The notes beneath the pieces were generated by a model that saw only the letters and a program-made list of their open reading frames with translations, made no database searches and was not told where the DNA came from. A stretch of DNA of 64,000 nucleotides. Source: the human T2T-CHM13v2.0 reference genome, Homo sapiens. This document shows, piece by piece, positions 56,690-64,000 of the stretch; position 1 is the stretch's first letter, and the number at the start of each line of letters is the position of its first letter. The translations under genes were made by a program, and so were the position numbers. Where the stretch lies: NCBI RefSeq assembly GCF_009914755.1, contig NC_060934.1. The stretch is one strand, 5' to 3'.

Positions 56690-58228
56690 ACATTTATGAT
56701 TCATGGGAGAAGGTCTAAATATCATTATGAACAGGTGATTAGAAGATGCTGATTCTATAAAGGGAAATAAAATCTCAGGATTCCCAAAACTCCTATGCCA
56801 AAACAGGAATTTAACCTTGGAGGCTGAGTCATGCTAAATGGCCATCCTCTTCCTGGACGAATAACTCTTACAAGTTTGTGTCGAAACATTATATATTAGC
56901 CAGACCCCCGTGGTAAGGCAAAAAGCCTCAGCCATTTCCTGATGACTAACCCGCCTCAAAAAGTCACTCATTCGTAAATTCTTTGCTAGCCTCGAAACCA
57001 TTAAAATGTAAATCCTCCCATAACACAAGGACAGGTCCATTGTAACTCCAGATCTGTAGTCTAAAGTCTAGTTCCTAAAACCTAAGGTCTGCTAGCATCC
57101 ACCTGATAAGTGTCGATTCTTAGCTGATAATTCCCAGGCACAGAGCAAAGGCAAGATGAGAGTAATCATTCCTTCCCTGAGATGTCTGCACAACTGTTTT
57201 CTTCTTCTATTTCCTTTTGCTTCAAAGGTTTATCTTATATAAAATGTAGATTTACTGGGCATTAATTAGTCTCACAAGTAGGTAACCATTTGCCTCACTG
57301 CCACCACCCCTCATGTTTTAAGGAAAATGTATAAACACTAACCCTCCTAAGAACCTCTTTGGACAAAACAGCCACAGATGCATCTGTGCCTTGCGTTTTT
57401 CCTGGGAGCATCCTTAAGCTAGCTCAATAAACCTTGATTGAGACAGCTGCCTCAGTCACTCAATTCAGTTAACACTTCCAACCCTCATGGATGAGTTAGG
57501 GGGTCAAGACTTCAGGGGAGGAAGTGACTGGAGGTGTGGTGGAAACATCAAGAGAACTCAGAAGTGGATCCTGAAGATGGGACTGAATTGCTGCAATCTC
57601 ATGATATAACTTGAATGGATAAGGAGTTGCTTCTTATGGATGAGAAAGTGGTTTCTTGAGACAGAATCTACTCCTAATAAGACGGTATGAACATTGTTGA
57701 AATGACAACAAAGGATTCAAATATTACATAAGCCTAGCTGATAAGGTGGTGGCAGGGTTTGAGAGGACTGACTCCAATTTCGTAAGAATTTCTACTGCAG
57801 GTAAAATGCTATCCAACAGCATTGCACCCTAGAGAGAAATCTTTTGTGAAGAAAGAGTCAACTGATGCAGCTAACTTCATTGTTGTCTTATTTTAAGACA
57901 TTGCCACAGCCTCCCCAACCTTCAGCAACCACCACCATGATCAGTCAGCAGCCATCAACACCGAGGTAAGAAGACTGGCAAAAGGATTACAACTTGCTGA
58001 AGGCTCAAATGATCAACAGCATTTTTTTTAGCAATAAAGTAATTTTAAATTAAGTTGTGCACATTTTTTTAGACAATGCTACTGCACACTTAACAGACTA
58101 CAGTATAGCATAAACATAACTTATATGCACTGGGAAACCAAACAACTTGTGTGACTTGTCTTACTGCAATATTCCCTTTACATGTGGTGGTCTGGAACTG
58201 AACCCACATCATCTCCAAAGTATGCCTG
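56690..58228 (+). mobile_element. Tigger1 3' portion interrupted by an LTR
   Basis: GATTCATGGGAG...GATTC|CAACCCTCATGGATGA...ATCTCCAAAGTATGCCTG-TA matches the Tigger1 3' half and TIR. Confidence 0.88.
56756..57474 (+). mobile_element. MER4-group (ERV1) solo LTR
   Basis: Starts TATAAAGGGAAATAAAATCTCAGG, ends AATAAACC...GTTAACA; 4-bp TSD-like ATTC/CTTC. Confidence 0.75.
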
Positions 58229-58539
58229 TACAAGAAGATTGAGAATAGAATCTACTTAAGTGAAATACCATGTTTCTGGAACAAGATTATGGTAGAATGA
58301 AGTGGTTAAATGGATGGGCTTTGGATTCAGACTGATCTGGGTTTAAATCCTGCCTTTGTGATTCATTAGCTGAGTGACCTTCAACAAAATCATGCTCTCA
58401 GCATTGCTTTCTTCCTCTGTAAAAAACAGAGATACTAACTAACTCATATCATTTTACACACACATACACAAACACATATTAAATAGGCTGCAACATTTAC
58501 TAAAAGTTCACAAATAGCACCAATTTAATAGTACTAATT

Positions 58540-58870
58540 TAGCCAGGCACAGTGGCTCATGCCTGTAATCCCAGCACTTTGGGAGACTGAGGAGGGAGGA
58601 CTGCTTAAGCTCAGGAGTTCAAGACCATCCTGGGCAACATAGTGAGACAGCATCTCTACAAAAAATGAACAACATTAGCCAGGCATGGCGGTGCACACCT
58701 GTTGTTCCAGCAACTGGGGAGAAGGGTGTTCGAGGTGGGAGGATTGCTAGGGCCCAGGAGGCTGAGGCTGCAGTGAGCTGAGATCATGCAACTACACTGC
58801 AGCCTAGGTGAGATCCTGCCTCAAAAAATAAAAAATAAAAAAAAGGACAAAATAAAAGAAAGAAAAATAG
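58540..58870 (+). mobile_element. AluJ
   Basis: Alu consensus. Confidence 0.88.
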
Positions 58871-59435
58871 AAAAAGAAAGAGAAGCAATCCAGGCAGATG
58901 GAACAGCACCAGGAAAGGCAGGAAGATGGGAGAGACCATGGGCCATTAGGAAACTACAAGTAATTCAATATGCCTAGACCATGGGGAATGCAGAACTTCA
59001 AGGGGAAAATAACCCAGTAATTTATCTAACATCGTTTGCATCAAACATAAAATACTGAATGCTAGAGTCAAATAAGAACATATCGAGGGGACATGAGCTG
59101 AGATTTTCCCACTAAGTTTCATGCAAGTTGAATTTTCACATTGATCTCTGTTGAGATTAAACATGTGCTACAGGTTGTAAACAATCAGAAGAAACAGAGC
59201 CATGCAATCGAGTACAGTTTTACTTTTCACAGAACGTTCCACACACTCCCTGGCTCCTAAATACCCACCTTACCCTGACTATAGACCTTTCCCCACAGCA
59301 GAGAAAAGTCCATGTCAGAGAGAATGCTTTAGTTTTGCATATGTGAATGAGAAATAGGCAATAAAAAAATTATCCTGTCAACTACTGAATGCAGGCAACG
59401 CTGCTTAGCTTGTCTAGATTTTAAAGGCACACTCA

Positions 59436-59531
<96 letters not shown>

Positions 59532-59717
59532 CTATATAAAGAGGAAAAATATTTTTACTTGAAAAGCAATAATCATTTTCACTGTCAACAATAAAATGTA
59601 TCAAAATTAATGTTCTAAAATAATTTACATAATTCTAGCTGTACAAATTACATTTACACAACACATATTAACTACACGTATTAAAAATGAAACAACTGGG
59701 AAAGATGTGAGTCTTCA

Positions 59718-60040
<323 letters not shown>

Positions 60041-60331
60041 ATCACACTTATAATGTAACCTAAAATATAAAATTGCAAAAAAATTATTAATGTCTTACAT
60101 AGTTATCACTTATGGTGTTAACCAAAGCTCACTAGCTTACAATAGCAGAACTTTAACATACTAAACACTTTAAGACCACTTTAACACACTTGCTATCAAA
60201 AGCACTTTTATAAGCAGATAAATGATCACATTAGAACACTAAAATGCACATGCCATATACTATCAAAAGTAGAGCATTTTCCAATATTTTCAGGGAAACA
60301 GCACACAATCAATTGTGCCTTACTTATGAGG

Positions 60332-60470
60332 GTTTTTTTTTTTTTTTTTTGGTACAGGTAGTGTCTCACTATATTGCCCAGGCTGCTCTTGAACTCCTGG
60401 CCTCATATGATCCTCCTGCCTCAGCCTCCCAAAGTACAGAGATTACAGGTGTAAGCCACCGCACCAGGCC
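60332..60470 (-). mobile_element. FLAM / left arm
   Basis: Poly-T followed by left-arm consensus. Confidence 0.85.
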
Positions 60471-61151
60471 AGTTCTTACCATTTAAAAAAGTATCTACTC
60501 CTGACCACGTGCAGGGTTAGACAGTTTAAATAAAACTGTGTTGTTTTATTCCCATTTTATAGATAAAGTCAAAACTCAGTCCATAAGGTAGTTGTTAAGT
60601 GAGTTGCCCGTGGTTACAACAGCTAATAAAAAGCAGAGTGAAGATTCTTACGCAGGCACTAAATTATCTCATCCAGTTCCTGATTAGATCAGTAGTCTAA
60701 ATTAAGTTGGAAATGCTGTCTATAGCAAAATACTGCAAAATTCACTGTTTATACACAGATCATGTCTGTGATGCTGCCCCTCTATGTACAGCATACTAAT
60801 AAAAAAACTGGTCACAGAGACAGCTTCTATCACCATTTACCATTTCTTTTTAATTTTAGATTTTGGGAAGACTTCATATAGCACATGAAAGGCAGCTAAA
60901 AAGCTGAAAATAATAAAGACAGAGATTTACCAAGAGATAGGAATAAAAAACGAGGGAAAATTTGGCTGTATAAACACTATCCAGAGGACGTAGGAGCACA
61001 TTTTAAAACTCAACAAACCCTGAGCTGACCCTCTCCTTCATTTACTAATTACGAGATGCTGAGCAAGTAAACTGATTTCCCTAACACAGTGCTTGACTCA
61101 AAGATCTTAATATGTATATATTTTTAAAATGCTGATTAAGAAGCAAAAACA

Positions 61152-61410
61152 AGGGAGGCCAAGGCCGGAGGATCACTGGAGCCCAGGAGTTTGAGACCAG
61201 CCTAGGCAATATAGTGAGACCCCCATCTCTACCAAAAAAAAAAAAAAAAAATTGCCAGGTGTGGTGGTGTGTGTCTGTATTCCTAGCTACTCGGGAGGCT
61301 GAGGTGGGAGGATCACGTAAGCCAGGGAAGTCGGGGCTGCAGTGAGCCATGATCGCGCCACTGCACCCTAGCCTGGGCAACAGAGCAAGACCCTGTATTT
61401 AAAAAAAGCA
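61152..61410 (+). mobile_element. 5'-truncated AluJ
   Basis: Alu consensus; AGCAAAA(A)CAAG on both flanks. Confidence 0.88.
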
Positions 61411-61498
61411 GCAGCAGCAGCAAAACAAGCTGACCTTGATAAAAGTTCTACACTGGAAAACAGTAAACTAGTAAAGTATACAACTATCAACATATTTA

Positions 61499-61684
<186 letters not shown>

Positions 61685-63279
61685 TTACCTTGTTTGGCAT
61701 TAAAAAATGAAAAAACATTTCTTTTTGTGGTTTAGCTTATAATATACATAATACTGTTGTATATATGACAAGATAGAATACATAACCATGCTTACTTTAT
61801 CTAAGATTCATTCACTTATTCATTCCACAAGTATTTATTGAGAATTATTTGAAGACACTGTAAGGAAAATGGTTCTTATCAGAGAGGTTAAAATCCAGAG
61901 GGAGTTTCTGGAAAATCAAATTACCCAGAATCCTACAAAATAAGGTTTATATTAGAATGGATATTAGTATCAATAGTATCAATGATATTAGTATTCATAG
62001 TATCAATGAAGGGCTATGGAATATGACAAGAGGCAGACATGTCTAAGCAATTCTGAGAAACTAAACAAAAATTATTCATTTGACACAGCCTCCTACATCA
62101 TAGCAGTCAGGATACTCTACCGTTATTCTATCAGAAGAAATATACCATGAATAGGAATATCAATTAAGTTTCTGAACATCAACTAAGTACCTTGCTAAGT
62201 CTCACCGGAGGTAGATAACAGAAGGAGTGGAAAGAAGTAAGACCTGAGACTTTACCTTTCACTAGCCAGTGATCTTAACCAAGTTTCCTAGCCTCTCTCG
62301 GGTGGCATTTCCTTTTTTTTTTTTTTTTTTAATATCCTTTGCTTTATTGGATCTTCTCAACATCTCCAATAATTAGAAACATTATAAACCAAGAAGAACA
62401 AAAGATAAGACTTAAGGCAAAGCCCATTTATAACTTTGGGGCCAGACACGGTATTAGATTATGATTCTGGGAACTAGGTGTTTCATATGCTGCCTCCAAC
62501 TACTGTGACAAGGCATTTTGGAGGTAACAGCTCATTTGTCCACAGGAACAATGACACCAGAGCAACACAGAGGTCAGGACCTCCTGGTGGTTATACTCCA
62601 GACTGTTCCATGATAAAGCTATGCCATCTTATCAGTACGATGACCACCACCAAGTGTCTCCAAGGTAAAGATAATGAATCTTTCCCTGACATCTCCACAG
62701 GTCCTGTAAGACCCAAATAAATTCATATATGTTAAAGTACTTTATAAACTGTCCATCATTAACCAAATATAGAAGATAAAGGACCTATGAGCAACCTGAG
62801 ACCAGCCTAACTAAAGATGCAGATACAAACTGGAAATAAGGCTGATGATTCAGGATGAAGTCAGGTATTAAAGTTTAATAGAAAGATTAGGAAATACTAT
62901 GAAATAAAAATGTTAACTTAAAAATAAGGATGCAAATTCTTTCTCCTCTATGTCCCCCCGACACTTCATATACATTCTTCTACAAAATTTATTTTTATAC
63001 AGTAAAATTTATTTATACTTTTCCCAACCACATTAGCCTATTCTTCATCAACTCCATACTCCCAGCTCCCAGGCATGGTTCCTAGCACTTGATGATTTAT
63101 TAAATCCTGCTGAAGGAAAGGAGATGCAAAATCAATCTCACATGCTCCATTTACCTAGCATCCTTACTCCAGAAAGCGCAAGCAGCCCTCTCCACATTTA
63201 TTTACTTACTTATAAATTTTTTATCAGTTCTATTTATATATTTTTAAGCTTTATTTATTTATATTTTTACTTGAAAAAA

Positions 63280-63400
63280 TTTTTTTGTAGAAACAGGGTC
63301 TCACCATGTTGTCTAGGCTGGTCTCAAACTCTTGGGCTCAGGCAATCCTTCTGCCTCGGCCTCCCAAAGTGCTAGGATTACAGGTATGAGCCACCGCTCA
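63280..63400 (-). mobile_element. Alu left arm
   Basis: Left-arm consensus. Confidence 0.85.
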
Positions 63401-63821
63401 ATATATCCACTGCATGTAAATGTAAACAAAATCTACTGGAAGGATTTGTGCCAAATCTCCAGCTTAAGGAGAAAGGAGCTACACAAGAGAGGTGGTACAG
63501 GGAGACTCTCCCATTTCATTCCATATACAGTACTTCTGCACTGTTGGACTCCTTCAGAATATACATATTTTTTTAATGCAGTGAATCCACCTTAATAAAA
63601 TTTTAAAGTTTATGTTTTAACTCACCATAGTTTTGGGTCTCAAATCACTGTATAATTTTAACCAATTAACTATGTTCTTTTTCTCTAACCTATTCAAATA
63701 TCCAACCAACCAGGAAACGTTTAGCCCTTATGAAGAACACCTACGAAAATGAGATTTTCAACCTCCAACACTCAGTTATGACTTGATTATAGACAAGACA
63801 CTTTAAAAGACAAAAAATGTT

Positions 63822-64000
63822 GGCTGGGCATGATGGCTGATGCCTGTAATCCCAGCACTTTGGGAAGCCAAGGCGGGCAGATCACCAGGTCAAGAGATCG
63901 AGGCCAGCCATGATGACTCACGCCTGTAATCCCAGCACTTTAGGAGGCCAAGGTGGGCAGATCATGAGGTCAGGAGATCGAGACCATCCTGGCTAACATG
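63822..64000 (+). mobile_element. Alu 5' part followed by a second Alu start at ~63902 (nested or duplicated; window edge)
   Basis: Left-arm start repeated after AAGAGATCGA. Confidence 0.85.

Noticed and set aside
62575-62596. CTCF-like motif (also near 35860-35876 and 6724-6740)
   Set aside because: Each mismatches invariant core positions; cannot be supported without ChIP data.

Overview
Human or great-ape genomic DNA containing most of CUL2 (cullin-2, scaffold of CRL2/VHL E3 ligases) on the minus strand. I resolved 19 coding exons (conventionally exons 3-21, 2119 coding nt including the stop) with GT-AG boundaries and consistent phases. They run from Ser40 to the stop at 8866-8868, followed by a 3' UTR with twin AATAAA signals near 8421-8437. 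Exons 1-2 lie beyond the right edge. The rest is intronic or downstream DNA with about 55 Alu elements and fragments, a short L1PA insertion, old L1M/L2/MIR relics, MER2, MER1B, Tigger1, and MER21 and MER4-group LTRs. Nearly all ORFs in the supplied track are Alu or low-complexity artefacts. The most unusual observation is a ~550-bp segment in intron 17 that I recognise from memory as ribosomal-DNA intergenic spacer (IGS) sequence, wedged between two Alu ends that share no target-site duplication. Other notable points are a probable U12-type 3' end for intron 2, a rare GAG acceptor at exon 13, a tandem frameshifting donor at exon 14, and blocks of Alu orientation that predict back-splicing. 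No novel protein-coding system is supported. Repeat boundaries and subfamily calls were made by eye and are approximate.
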